Shown here: positions 18,705 through 30,645 of the stretch, in pieces
How positions within the stretch are numbered: the stretch's first letter is position 1
How the letters are laid out: every line of letters starts with the position of its first letter
Assembly: GCA_963721955.1 (NCBI GenBank)
Contig: CAVRKG010000002.1
Span: 13,865 to 77,864, forward strand
Length of the DNA stretch: 64,000 nucleotides
Reading direction: 5' to 3'
From: an uncultured Thermoleophilia bacterium
GTDB lineage: Bacteria; Actinomycetota; Thermoleophilia; Gaiellales; Gaiellaceae
Position numbers and translations under genes: made by a program
Notes under the pieces: generated by a model
Told to the model about the DNA's origin: nothing
What the model saw: the letters and a program-made list of their open reading frames with translations, nothing else
The model's database searches: none

Positions 18705-19647
18705 CCAGGGTCAGGGAGCCGGGTGGAGCGAGAGGCTCGGCGTAGCGGGCGGCGGACGCGATCATCGCAGCGTTGTCGGTGCAATACGCGAGCGGGGCGA
18801 GGGTGGCGTCCGGCAACGCCGCGCGGAGCTCCGAATTCGCCGCTACGCCACCGACGACGGCGATCCTCGCAATGCCGACCTGCCCCGCAGCCTCGGTCAG
18901 CCGCTGGGTCAGCGCGCGAACGATCGCGCGTTGATACGACGCCGCGAGATCGGCTCGCCGCTCCTCGAGTCCGACCTCACCGAGGTCACGCACCGCGTAC
19001 AGGAGCGCGGTCTTGACACCGGAGAAGGAGAAGTCGAGACCCGATACGCGCGCGACGGGAAACGCGAACGCGGACGGGTCACCTTGACGCGCGAGAGCAT
19101 CGATCGCGGCCCCGCCCGGATAGGGAAGCCCGAGCACGCGCGCGCCCTTGTCGAAGGCCTCGCCCGCAGCATCGTCGAGCGTCGTGCCCAGGCGCTCGAA
19201 CGATCCGTGGTCGCGAACCGCCAGGAGAAGCGTGTGACCACCGCTCGCGAGGAGGCAGACGAATGGTGGCTCGAGAGGCGAAGGACCGAGGTAGAGCGAC
19301 GCTACGTGCCCCTGCAGGTGGTCGACCGGGACGAGAGAGATCCCGCGCGACCAGGCGATCGCCTTGGCGGCCGACACGCCGACGAGCAGGGCACCGATGA
19401 GGCCGGGCCCGCAGGTGACGCCCACACGCTCGACGTCCGCCAGATCGATTCCCGCTTCTGAGATCGCCTCACGGATGACAGGTCCGATGAGCTCGAGGTG
19501 GCGGCGCGACGCGACCTCCGGGACGACCCCGCCGTAGCGCGCATGCAGCTCCGCCTGCGATGCGACGATCGACGAGAGCACGTCGCCGCCTGCCGTCACG
19601 ACCGCGGCCGCGGTCTCGTCGCAGGACGTTTCGATGCCGAGAATCAT
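18682..19647 (-). CDS. tsaD: tRNA N6-threonylcarbamoyltransferase TsaD
   Basis: ILGIETSCDET, GGVVPEVASRRH, HLQGH, SGGHT, DDAAGEAFDK, TDNAAMI. Confidence 0.96.
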   Translation of the reverse strand: MILGIETSCDETAAAVVTAGGDVLSSIVASQAELHARYGGVVPEVASRRHLELIGPVIREAISEAGIDLADVERVGVTCGPGLIGALLVGVSAAKAIAWSRGISLVPVDHLQGHVASLYLGPSPLEPPFVCLLASGGHTLLLAVRDHGSFERLGTTLDDAAGEAFDKGARVLGLPYPGGAAIDALARQGDPSAFAFPVARVSGLDFSFSGVKTALLYAVRDLGEVGLEERRADLAASYQRAIVRALTQRLTEAAGQVGIARIAVVGGVAANSELRAALPDATLAPLAYCTDNAAMIASAARYAEPLAPPGSLTLDAYASAA

Positions 19648-20141
19648 TCCGAGCTCACTTCCACGTCGCGCTCCTCTTGGGTCTCCGATTGCCGGGGTTC
19701 GGGGTCTTTCCACATGATCACTGCGTCTTCTCGGTTGTCGGTGTAGTACCCGCGGCGGATGCCACGGGACACGAACCCGAAGCCCTCGTAGAGTCGAATC
19801 GCCGCCTGATTCGAGACCCGTACCTCAAGGGTATAGCCGCGGTCGGCGTCTTCCCGCGTGATCTCGAAGAGCCGGCGCAGCATGGCCGATGCGATGCCGA
19901 GGCGGCGGCGTTCTGGATCGACCGCAACGTTCATCACGTGCCAGGCGTCGACGTACCGCGAGAGGACGAGGTAGCCGACGAGGTGTCCCTCGTCCGTCAC
20001 CGCTGCGATCGACACCGAGCTCTGCTTCGCGAGCTCGCTCGCAAACATGGAACGCGACCACGGCGTCGGATAGGACGCTCGCTCGATGCGCTCGATCGCG
20101 TCGAGGTCGCCGAGCTCGAGTCGACGTAGCTCGACGTTCAC
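19644..20141 (-). CDS. rimI: Ribosomal-protein-alanine N-acetyltransferase RimI
   Basis: PWS, NVAVDP..RRLGIA, TLEVRVSN..AIRLY, RRGYY; lies between tsaB and tsaD. Confidence 0.92.
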   Translation of the reverse strand: MNVELRRLELGDLDAIERIERASYPTPWSRSMFASELAKQSSVSIAAVTDEGHLVGYLVLSRYVDAWHVMNVAVDPERRRLGIASAMLRRLFEITREDADRGYTLEVRVSNQAAIRLYEGFGFVSRGIRRGYYTDNREDAVIMWKDPEPRQSETQEERDVEVSSE

Positions 20142-20725
20142 GCCACCCACTCGTTCGCGTCCGGACTGCGCACGTACACCGGCGTGACCGCGTCGGCCGG
20201 ACCGAAGTCGGTCGCGATCGATGCGTGGAGCGACGCACGGGCAACGTGCAGATCCGAATCGTCCGGAGCCACGAATGCCCCAGAGTCGGAGAAGGTACTC
20301 CGGTATCGCAACGCCCCGTTGCCGACGCAGATGCACCCGGAGGGGACGACGACGTCCTGTGGGCGCAGCGCGACCGGGCCGGCCACGAAGACCTCGCCGC
20401 GCTTCGCGTCGATCACCGGAAACGCTCGCTCGTCACCAGCAGCGAGCGCCGAGAGGGTCGACACACCGGCCACGGGGATGCCGAGTGCGAGCGCCAACCC
20501 TCGCGCGACGGAAAGCCCGATGCGCGTGCCCGTGAAGCTGCCCGGCCCGGTTCCCACCACGATCGCGGTGAGATCCGACGGGACGGCACCGGCGGCGGCG
20601 AGTAGGACGTCGACGTCCGCCAGGAGCCCCTGCGGCCTCGTGCGGCGCTCTCCCAGCGTCACGCCGTCGGCGACGAGGGCACTCGCCGCGATGTCAGTTG
20701 CTGTGTCGAACGCGAGGATCAGCAC
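20138..20725 (-). CDS. tsaB: tRNA threonylcarbamoyladenosine biosynthesis protein TsaB
   Basis: ILAFDTAT, GPGSFTGTRIG, IDAKRGEV, PVYVR. Confidence 0.93.
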   Translation of the reverse strand: MLILAFDTATDIAASALVADGVTLGERRTRPQGLLADVDVLLAAAGAVPSDLTAIVVGTGPGSFTGTRIGLSVARGLALALGIPVAGVSTLSALAAGDERAFPVIDAKRGEVFVAGPVALRPQDVVVPSGCICVGNGALRYRSTFSDSGAFVAPDDSDLHVARASLHASIATDFGPADAVTPVYVRSPDANEWVA

Positions 20726-21164
20726 GAGCAAGGTCTTCTAGCAGCGTTCCATCGGCGCTGTCGGCCGTGATCCGACGTTGCTCGGGCGAGACGTGCTCGA
20801 GAAACAACGAGGCGCGCGGAGAGGGAAGCATGGACGACCCTGCCTCCGGCCACTCCACGAACGCGATCGTATCGTCGAAATAGGGCTCCAGATCACCCCA
20901 TTCAGCCGCCGCGAGCCCGACGAACCGGTAGAGGTCGAGGTGGGCGACCGGCACCGCGCCCTCGTACAGGTGTCCGATCGTGAAGGTCGGACTCGTCACG
21001 GGGCCATCGATGCCGAGCGAGCGGCAGGCGCCCCGCACGAGCGTCGTCTTCCCGGCGCCGAGCTCGCCCCGGACGAGAACGACGTCGCCGCGCCGAAGTA
21101 GACCGGCGAGTAGACCGCCGAACGCCTCGGTCTCCGCCGCCGCCGACGTCACGAGCTCGATCAC
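20694..21164 (-). CDS. tsaE: tRNA threonylcarbamoyladenosine ATPase TsaE
   Basis: GELGAGKT, VTSPTF, HLDLYR, VEWP. Confidence 0.95.
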   Translation of the reverse strand: MIELVTSAAAETEAFGGLLAGLLRRGDVVLVRGELGAGKTTLVRGACRSLGIDGPVTSPTFTIGHLYEGAVPVAHLDLYRFVGLAAAEWGDLEPYFDDTIAFVEWPEAGSSMLPSPRASLFLEHVSPEQRRITADSADGTLLEDLARADPRVRHSN

Positions 21165-21168
21165 GAGC

Positions 21169-21897
21169 TCAGAAGAGGCCGAGCTGGATCGCTTCGGCGT
21201 CGACGGCCTCCGCGACCGCCGCCTCTTCCTCGTCGTCGTCGGCGAACGGACCCTCCGCGGACGGCGACGTCACCACACCGCCGAGAAGCTGCGGCAGCCG
21301 CGCGAAGTCGGCCTCGAGCACGCTCAGCATCGAGGGGGTGTAGAGGGCAGCGGCCGGGTGGTAGAGGGGATAGAGAAGGACACTCGTCGTCCCGAGCGAC
21401 ACCTCCTGCTCCTGGCCGTGCACCCGCGTGATCCCGAGCGGACGGCCGGTCAGCAGCTGGGTGGCGAAGTTCCCGAGCGTGGCGACGACCCGGGGAGCGA
21501 CGAGCTCGACCTGGCGGAACAGATGCGGCTCGCAGGCGGCGATTTCCGCTTCGTCCGGATCGCGGTTCTGCGGCGGCCGGCACTTGAGAACATTTGCGAG
21601 ATAGACGTCGTCGCGTCCGAGTCCGATGGTTGCGAGCAGCCGCTCGACGAGCTCGCCGGACTTGCCGGCGAACGGGCTCCCCGTCTGATCTTCGTGGAAA
21701 CCGGGAGCCTCACCGACGAGCATCAGACCTGCATCCGGATTCCCCGACCCGAAGACGACCTGCGTCCGCGTCTCCGCCAGCGGACAGCGAACGCAGCCCC
21801 TCGTCGCGGAGGCGTACGCCGCGAGCGCCTCGGCACGGACGGAAGCAGCCATCGCGAGCCAGTCTAGGTCGGGACCCGGATGCAGCGCCGGCTTCAC
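21169..21897 (-). CDS. Uracil-DNA glycosylase family 4 (4Fe-4S)
   Basis: CVRC, VGEAPG, NVLKCRPP, YHPAA, C-terminal QLGLF. The true start may be ~21852. Confidence 0.9.
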   Translation of the reverse strand: MKPALHPGPDLDWLAMAASVRAEALAAYASATRGCVRCPLAETRTQVVFGSGNPDAGLMLVGEAPGFHEDQTGSPFAGKSGELVERLLATIGLGRDDVYLANVLKCRPPQNRDPDEAEIAACEPHLFRQVELVAPRVVATLGNFATQLLTGRPLGITRVHGQEQEVSLGTTSVLLYPLYHPAAALYTPSMLSVLEADFARLPQLLGGVVTSPSAEGPFADDDEEEAAVAEAVDAEAIQLGLF

Positions 21898-21992
21898 GGG
21901 CTCGTCCCCGATCCGACGCAGCCGACTTCGGCGAACGTGCCTGGCGCTGCGGATCCGCCCTCGCGGATCGCGGAACCGCTGGGAGGGCGGCT

Positions 21993-22202
21993 TCAGCTAC
22001 AGCCGCAGGAGCCGCCGCAGCAGCCACCCGAGCCGCCGCCGAACGACGGCGTCACGGAAGCGCCGTGGACGGCGAACGCCGAGATCTGCTTCAGCACATC
22101 GGTCGCGCTGCAGGACGGGCAGGCGATCACCTGCTCGTCGCTGCGGACGAGCTCGTCGAAGTGGCTCTCGCACTCCATGCACGCGTATTCGTAGATCGGC
22201 AT
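21993..22202 (-). CDS. FmdB-family zinc-ribbon protein
   Basis: MPIYEYACMEC...CPSC with a Gly/Cys-rich tail. Confidence 0.88.
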   Translation of the reverse strand: MPIYEYACMECESHFDELVRSDEQVIACPSCSATDVLKQISAFAVHGASVTPSFGGGSGGCCGGSCGCS

Positions 22203-22227
22203 CTCCCGAGTGTACTGTCTCGCAGGC

Positions 22228-22822
22228 GTGGAGCGATGGACGACAACGACGCTCACGGGCCGCATCGTCCGGCTCGAGCCGCTCGAGCGACGGCACACCG
22301 ACGACCTCTGGGAGGCGTCCCGCGACGCGAAGATCTGGCGCTGGCTGCCCGTCGTGCAGCCGACGACCGTCGACGGGTGGGCGGCCTGGATGGACGACGC
22401 GCTCGGACGGGTCGACGCCGGGCTCGATCTGGTCGTTCGCGACCGTGCTGACGGGGACGGGACGCGCCGTCGGCTCGACCCGATTCCTGAGCCTCCGCCC
22501 CGAGCACCGGAGCCTCGAAATCGGGTGGACGTGGCTCGAGCCGGGTGCCTGGGGTACCGGGGCGAACACGGAGGCGAAGCTGCTCCAGCTCGAATACGCT
22601 TTCGAGACGCTCGGCTGCCGCCGGGTGGAGTTCAAGACCGACGCGCTCAACGAGCGAGCGCGCGCGGCGCTGGCGGGTCTTCCTTCGTCGTTCGAGGGGA
22701 TCCACCGCAAACACATGCTCGTCCGTGCCGGCGAGACACGCGATTCGGCCTGGTACAGCATCCTGGACGACGAGTGGCCGGCGGTCCGCGCTGCGCTCGA
22801 AGACCGCCTCCACGCCGACTGA
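22228..22822 (+). CDS. GNAT (RimJ/RimL-type) N-acetyltransferase (+1 frameshift near 22428)
   Basis: GRIVRLEPL N-terminus, then in the next frame VGSTRF, LEIGWTW, NTEAKLL, RVEFKTD..N, RDSAWYSI. Confidence 0.85.
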
Positions 22823-22894
22823 CCCCGGCCCCACCGACGGCGCCGCCGTGCGTCGGGATGAATCGAGGCGCGTCAGTCGTTACACTCGAGCGAG

Positions 22895-22921
22895 GCCCGG
22901 TATCCCGCGAGGAACTGGAGC
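22895..22921 (+). ncRNA. Leader hairpin with two bulged A residues, pan-motif-like
   Basis: GC-CCGGU-(A)-UCC-CGCGA-GGA-ACUGG-(A)-GC. It starts just after the -10 TACACT (22881-22886) and includes the GGAG RBS of the pan operon. Confidence 0.55.
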
Positions 22922-22929
22922 ACACGCAC

Positions 22930-23595
22930 ATGATCGAGACCGCCAGAGTGATCGGCAGGGGCCGCGTCGGTTCCGCCATAGCCGCCCGCCTCGAGGAGCG
23001 CGGTCTGACACTCGACGGCCCGAGCGTCGCGCTCGTCATTCTCTGTGTCCCGGACCGGGTGATCGGTGAAGTGGCCGCAAGCGTGCCGCCCGGACCGTGG
23101 CTTGCGCACGTCAGCGGAGCGACACCGCTCGCGGCACTCGCTCCTCACGCCAGGCGCTTCAGCGTCCACCCACTGCAGACGTTCACGCTCCGGCGAGGTC
23201 CGGAGCAGCTCGACGGCGCGTGGGGAGCCGTGACGGCCGAGAGCGAAGAGGCGCGTGTCGTCGCGACCTGGCTCGCCGAGACGCTCGGGCTTCACCCGTT
23301 TCCGTTGCTCGACGAGCATCGCGCCGCCTACCACGCTGGCGGTGCTATCGCGTCGAACTACCTCGTCACGCTCCGGCGTGCCGCCGGTTCGTTGCTCGAG
23401 GCGGCGGGAGCACCGCCCGAGGCACTCGACCCCCTGATGAGAAGGACGATCGAGAACGACTTCGAGCTCACCGGCCCGATTCAGCGAGGAGACTGGGAGA
23501 CGGTCGATCGCCACCTCGACGCGATCCGCGCCGTCACCCCGGAGCTCGAGGCCATGTATCGCATCCTCGCCGACGCGACGGCGGCCACGGTATGA
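22930..23595 (+). CDS. Rossmann-like/DUF2520 protein, probable PanG-type ketopantoate reductase
   Basis: GRGRVG, CVPD, HVSGA, HPLQTF, YHA...SNY, LTGPIQRGD; first gene of the pan operon. Confidence 0.85.
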   Translation: MIETARVIGRGRVGSAIAARLEERGLTLDGPSVALVILCVPDRVIGEVAASVPPGPWLAHVSGATPLAALAPHARRFSVHPLQTFTLRRGPEQLDGAWGAVTAESEEARVVATWLAETLGLHPFPLLDEHRAAYHAGGAIASNYLVTLRRAAGSLLEAAGAPPEALDPLMRRTIENDFELTGPIQRGDWETVDRHLDAIRAVTPELEAMYRILADATAATV

Positions 23596-24359
23596 GGGCG
23601 TGCGGCACGATCCGGGAGATCCGGGACGCCCTCGCGCCCCTCCGCGACGGCACGATCGGCCTGGTGCCGACGATGGGGTCGCTCCACGACGGACATCTCT
23701 CGCTCCTCGCGGCTGCGCGCGAGGAGTGCTCGACCGTGGTGATGAGCCTCTTCGTCAACCCAGCCCAGTTCGGTGACGCCGACGACCTCGAGGCGTATCC
23801 GCGCGATGTCGAGCGTGACCTCGCAGTGGCCGCCGACGCAGGCGTGGACGTCGTCTTCGCGCCGTCGACCGAGGAGATGTACCCGGCCGGCTTCCAGACC
23901 TGGGTCGAGGTCACGGAGCTCGGTGCCGTTCTCGAGGGTGTCCACCGGCCGGGGCACTTCCGCGGCGTCGCCACCGTGTGCCTCAAGCTGTTCACGATCG
24001 TGCGTCCGGACATCGCCTACTTCGGGCAGAAGGACGCCCAGCAGGTGGCGGTGGTCCGGCGGCTCGTCTCGGATCTCGCCCTCGAGCTCGAGGTGCGGGC
24101 GCTTCCGACCGTGCGCGACGAGGATGGTCTCGCGCTCTCCTCACGCAACCGCAACCTCTCGGCCGAGGAGCGCGAGCGCGCGCTGGCGCTCCCCCGGGCT
24201 CTCGCGACCGGCGACCCCGAGCGAGCGAGTGCATTGCTCGACGGTCTCGACGTCGACTACGTCGAGATCGCGCCCTTCGACCCGCCCGTTCTCGCCGCCG
24301 CGATCCGCGTCGGCTCCATCCGACTGATCGACAACGTCCCCCTCCAGGAGGTCTCATGA
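23592..24359 (+). CDS. panC: Pantoate-beta-alanine ligase
   Basis: VPTMGSLHDGH, FVNPAQF, RPGHFRGV, FGQKDAQQ, GLALSSRN, RLIDN. Confidence 0.96.
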   Translation: MRACGTIREIRDALAPLRDGTIGLVPTMGSLHDGHLSLLAAAREECSTVVMSLFVNPAQFGDADDLEAYPRDVERDLAVAADAGVDVVFAPSTEEMYPAGFQTWVEVTELGAVLEGVHRPGHFRGVATVCLKLFTIVRPDIAYFGQKDAQQVAVVRRLVSDLALELEVRALPTVRDEDGLALSSRNRNLSAEERERALALPRALATGDPERASALLDGLDVDYVEIAPFDPPVLAAAIRVGSIRLIDNVPLQEVS

Positions 24360-25255
24360 GCACCCGTCCCCGCAAGCCGGGCCACGGCGCCCCGGCACCC
24401 GGCAAGCTGCCGATCACCGAGCTCCTCGCGATGAAGGAGAGCCACTCTCCGATCGCGATGATCACGGCCTATGACGCCCCCTCCGGACGGCTCGCGGACG
24501 AGGCCGGGGCGGACATGATCCTCGTGGGTGATTCGGCCGCGATGACCGTGCTCGGTCACGACTCCACCGTTCCCGCCACGATGGAAGAGATGCTCGTGCT
24601 CACGCGCGCGGTCACGAGGGGATCCCACAGGCCGCTCGTCGTGGCGGACATGCCGTTCGGCTCCTTCCAGGTCTCGGACGAGCTGGCGGTCGCGAACGCG
24701 ATCCGCTTCGTCAAGGAGACCGGAGCCGACGCGGTGAAGATCGAAGGCGCGGGGACGATGCTCTCGCGCGTCCACGCGATCGTCGGGGCCGGCGTTCCCG
24801 TGATGGGGCACATCGGCCTGACGCCGCAGTCCGCGACCGCACTCGGGGGGTTCAAGGCGCAGGGGCGAACGGCGGCCAAGGCGACGCAGCTCGTCCGCGA
24901 CGCGCTCGCACTCGAGGCAGCCGGCTGCTTCTCGGTCGTGCTCGAGGCGGTACCGTCTCCCGTCGCCGCCAAGATCACCGAGCTCCTCACAGTCCCGACG
25001 ATCGGAATCGGCGCCGGCCCGGACGTCGACGGCCAGGTACTCGTCTGGCACGACCTCCTCGGTCTCTACAACGGGCACGCACCGCGATTCGTCAAGCAAT
25101 ACGCCCAGCTTGCGAACGCAATTCGGGATGCGGTGGAGTCCTACGTCGCCGACGTCCGCGAGCGCCGGTTCCCGGAAGACGTGCACACCTACGGCATGCC
25201 GGCGGACGAGCTCGCGGCATTCGAGGCAGGGCTCGGCAGCGAGCTGATCACGTAG
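24356..25255 (+). CDS. panB: 3-methyl-2-oxobutanoate hydroxymethyltransferase
   Basis: MITAYD, LVGDS, DMPFGS, VKIEG, GHIGLTPQ, GIGAG..DGQVLV. Confidence 0.97.
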   Translation: MSTRPRKPGHGAPAPGKLPITELLAMKESHSPIAMITAYDAPSGRLADEAGADMILVGDSAAMTVLGHDSTVPATMEEMLVLTRAVTRGSHRPLVVADMPFGSFQVSDELAVANAIRFVKETGADAVKIEGAGTMLSRVHAIVGAGVPVMGHIGLTPQSATALGGFKAQGRTAAKATQLVRDALALEAAGCFSVVLEAVPSPVAAKITELLTVPTIGIGAGPDVDGQVLVWHDLLGLYNGHAPRFVKQYAQLANAIRDAVESYVADVRERRFPEDVHTYGMPADELAAFEAGLGSELIT

Positions 25256-25261
25256 TCGGGG

Positions 25262-25954
25262 TCAGAGCGCCGAAGGAAGGACGGCGAACACGGCAACGAG
25301 CACCGAGGCGAGCGCGAGCGCGCCCGCGACCCCACGCCAGGGCAGCTCGAACGTCGTTCGCAGGCCGAGGGCCAGCAGCGCCAGGGACCAGAGGGCGAAC
25401 CCCAGGCCGACGGTGACGACGACGGCACGACCGCTCCCGGCATCGGAACCGCCCGTTCGGAACCAGTCGTAGCCGAAGCCGAGCACGATCGCGGGGACGG
25501 TCACGAGGCTAGAGACGGCGAGCGGCAGTGCCGCGAAGCCTACGAGCTGGCGAGCCGTCCGCCCGCGCGCGGTCACCCCGACGGCATGTGCGCCGAGCCA
25601 GACCGCGAGCCCGAGCAGGAAGTACCCGGCAGCTCCGTAGAAGAGACCACCGATGAACGTGACGACGGCGAGTGTGATCCAGTCGAGTGACTCGCCGTCG
25701 AGAAGTGTTCCCCACGCGGACGTGAGCAGGATTCCAGCCATGCCCGCCACGATGACGATTGCGAGGATCGGTTCCGAGCGAGCATTCACGTCGGCCTCGT
25801 CGTCGTCGCGCAGGGCGACGAAGACGACCGCTGGCCGGACAAGCACCAGCGGGACGCGCCGCCACCACGCGCGCTCCGCGACGCGCGCCTCCTCGGCGCC
25901 CACCTGGGCTGCGCGATCCGCGAGCTCGACGGGCTTGATGCGCTTCTCCTCCAC
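25262..25954 (-). CDS. Yip1-like multi-pass membrane protein
   Basis: LVLVRPAVVF N-terminal motif followed by about 5 TM helices. Confidence 0.6.
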   Translation of the reverse strand: MEEKRIKPVELADRAAQVGAEEARVAERAWWRRVPLVLVRPAVVFVALRDDDEADVNARSEPILAIVIVAGMAGILLTSAWGTLLDGESLDWITLAVVTFIGGLFYGAAGYFLLGLAVWLGAHAVGVTARGRTARQLVGFAALPLAVSSLVTVPAIVLGFGYDWFRTGGSDAGSGRAVVVTVGLGFALWSLALLALGLRTTFELPWRGVAGALALASVLVAVFAVLPSAL

Positions 25955-26005
25955 CGCCGCGAGCGTAGCGGCGGATCGACCCGTGGTGCGAGCCGGCTGC
26001 TGCGG

Positions 26006-26389
26006 TCAGAGGCCGACGACGACAGGCCCGAAGGTGTGGACCCTCGCACACTCCTTGTAGGGGAAACCGTCATAGACACCGAGCGAATAGCGACCGGCAG
26101 CAGGGAAGACGACGCGCGCCCGGTAGGACCCGACCCGCGCCGTCCGCACGCTCTTGAAGACGAGCAGGTTGCCGGCGCGGTTGCGGATCCGGACCTCCGG
26201 CTTCGCGTCTGCCATCGGCGTGCGACCGTGCTGGAGCACACGGATGGTGACGACCCAGGGTTTGCCGGCAGCCACGCCGCCCTTGGGCATCGAGCTGAGA
26301 CCAACCGTCGCCATGCAGCCTGCCTGGGCGACTCCCGCGACCGCAAGCGTGGCGACGGCGGCGGTGACGAGAACTGTGAGCTTCTTCAT
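26006..26389 (-). CDS. Small secreted beta-sandwich protein (YtkA/Ig-like)
   Basis: Signal peptide MKKLTVL...AQA; GSYRARVVFPAAGRY; two Cys; GGAGG RBS. Confidence 0.7.
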   Translation of the reverse strand: MKKLTVLVTAAVATLAVAGVAQAGCMATVGLSSMPKGGVAAGKPWVVTIRVLQHGRTPMADAKPEVRIRNRAGNLLVFKSVRTARVGSYRARVVFPAAGRYSLGVYDGFPYKECARVHTFGPVVVGL

Positions 26390-26419
26390 GCCGACCTCCA
26401 GAGTAGGGTGACGATCCTG

Positions 26420-26446
26420 TTACACCCGCCGGCGACCGAAGGTTCC
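26420..26446 (-). promoter_or_regulatory. ECF-type promoter GGAACC-N15-GTGTAA
   Basis: Same boxes and spacing as the element upstream of the sigma gene; lies in front of the secreted-protein gene. Confidence 0.75.
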
Positions 26447-27139
26447 CTACTCGACGGAGGCCGCGAGCTCGCTGGCCTCGGCTTTGGTCAGGTCGCCTTC
26501 GAGCCGGAGCAGCAACAGCCCTCGGTTCCAGAGGAGGACCGTGCCCGCGAGGTAGGTCCGCTCGTCGGTGACTGCGCCGTTCTCATCGATGAACATGACG
26601 AAATGCTGGTCGCCCGAGACGAAGAGCCCGCGTTCGCCGTTCACCGTCACCTGGTCGACTCGCGTGCCGCTCGAGCCGACCTTCTTGATCAGGCCCTCCC
26701 AGATGCCGCCTCGGAGCTCGGTCAGTACGAGCCGGGGCTTCTGCACCGGCCCGTAGACCATCGACACCACACGGTCACGGACGTAGATCCCGTCCGGCTC
26801 GCCGAGGTCGACGAGCTCGAAGCCGACGCGCTGCTCTGCCTCTGAACGGCTCACTCGTTCCCCGTAATCGAGCCTCTGCGCGTCCACGGGTGGGAGCTCG
26901 TCCACGCGCTCGACGGTTGCGCCGCGGATCCTGAAGATCTCGAGGAACGCGCTGCGCGCGCCCGAGGAGAAGGCGAGCACGCCTGCGATGGCCATCAGCA
27001 GGACGGCGAAGGCGAGCACGCGGACGCGCGAATGTGCGCTGCGGTGCGACCGCCGGTCGAGAGTGAGCTCGAGCGCAGGCGTCTCGGGCCAGGCGATCTC
27101 GTCGCGAAGCGCGTCGAGGCGGAGCTCGAGCTCAGACAC
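26447..27139 (-). CDS. Putative membrane-anchored anti-sigma factor
   Basis: Short cytoplasmic N-terminus (WPETP), one TM helix and an extracytoplasmic domain; overlaps the ECF sigma stop. Confidence 0.7.
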   Translation of the reverse strand: MSELELRLDALRDEIAWPETPALELTLDRRSHRSAHSRVRVLAFAVLLMAIAGVLAFSSGARSAFLEIFRIRGATVERVDELPPVDAQRLDYGERVSRSEAEQRVGFELVDLGEPDGIYVRDRVVSMVYGPVQKPRLVLTELRGGIWEGLIKKVGSSGTRVDQVTVNGERGLFVSGDQHFVMFIDENGAVTDERTYLAGTVLLWNRGLLLLRLEGDLTKAEASELAASVE

Positions 27140-27701
27140 TGCTCGCCCCTTTCGGTTCCATCTGCGCCCGCAGTCGTTCGAGCGCCCGCGACGTGCGCGA
27201 CTTGACGGTGCCGCGGCGGATCGCCAGCACTGTCGCCGTCTCCTCTTCGCCCAGGTCGAGCAGATAACGGCAGGAGATGACGAGCCGGTCGTCTTCGCTC
27301 AGGCGCTCGACCGCTGCCAGCAGCTCGGCGCGCTCCTCCGCGGCAAGGACGCTTCCCTCGGGGGACGGAGCCGCGTCCCCCGAGGGAAGCTCGTGCGCAG
27401 CGCGGAGGAAGAGCCCCTCGCGGCGCCCCTCGGCGCGTCGGCGGTTGCGCGCCTCGTTCGCGACGATGGCGAGCAGCCAAGGCCGCAGCGGCGCCCCGCT
27501 GCGGAAGCGCGGCAGCGCCCGCCACGCCTTCGTCAGTCCGACCTGGGCTGCCTCTTCGGCATCGGCGGCGTTGCGGGTGATCAGGTACGCGGTTCGGAAG
27601 GCGATCTCCTCGTGGTCGCGGACGAGCGAGGCGAAGGCGGTGGAATCGCCGCCGCGGGCACGCTCGACGAGCTCTGCTTCTGTTGGTGGTCGGCTCACCA
27701 C
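27132..27701 (-). CDS. ECF (sigma-70 family) RNA polymerase sigma factor
   Basis: ELVERARGGD..AF, DAEEAAQ, PWLLAIVANEARN, GTVKSRTSRA. Confidence 0.92.
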   Translation of the reverse strand: MVSRPPTEAELVERARGGDSTAFASLVRDHEEIAFRTAYLITRNAADAEEAAQVGLTKAWRALPRFRSGAPLRPWLLAIVANEARNRRRAEGRREGLFLRAAHELPSGDAAPSPEGSVLAAEERAELLAAVERLSEDDRLVISCRYLLDLGEEETATVLAIRRGTVKSRTSRALERLRAQMEPKGASSV

Positions 27702-27710
27702 TCGTGCTTC

Positions 27711-27737
27711 ATACACCTCTCGCCCGAACGGGGTTCC
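27711..27737 (-). promoter_or_regulatory. ECF-type autoregulatory promoter GGAACC-N15-GTGTAT
   Basis: Ends 9 nt before the sigma GTG start and is duplicated at 26420-26446. Confidence 0.75.
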
Positions 27738-27772
27738 GTCGGCGGCGCGTCTGGTTGTCGCCAGGCTCTCCG

Positions 27773-30616
<2,844 letters not shown>

Positions 30617-30645
30617 GCGGGCTAGCTTACAGCGCGGATCTCGAT

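Noticed and set aside
22210-23595. Apparent 461-aa GNAT-DUF2520 fusion
   Set aside because: It arises from the +1 frameshift near 22428. The GNAT properly ends at 22822, and the DUF2520 gene has its own -10, RBS and ATG at 22930.
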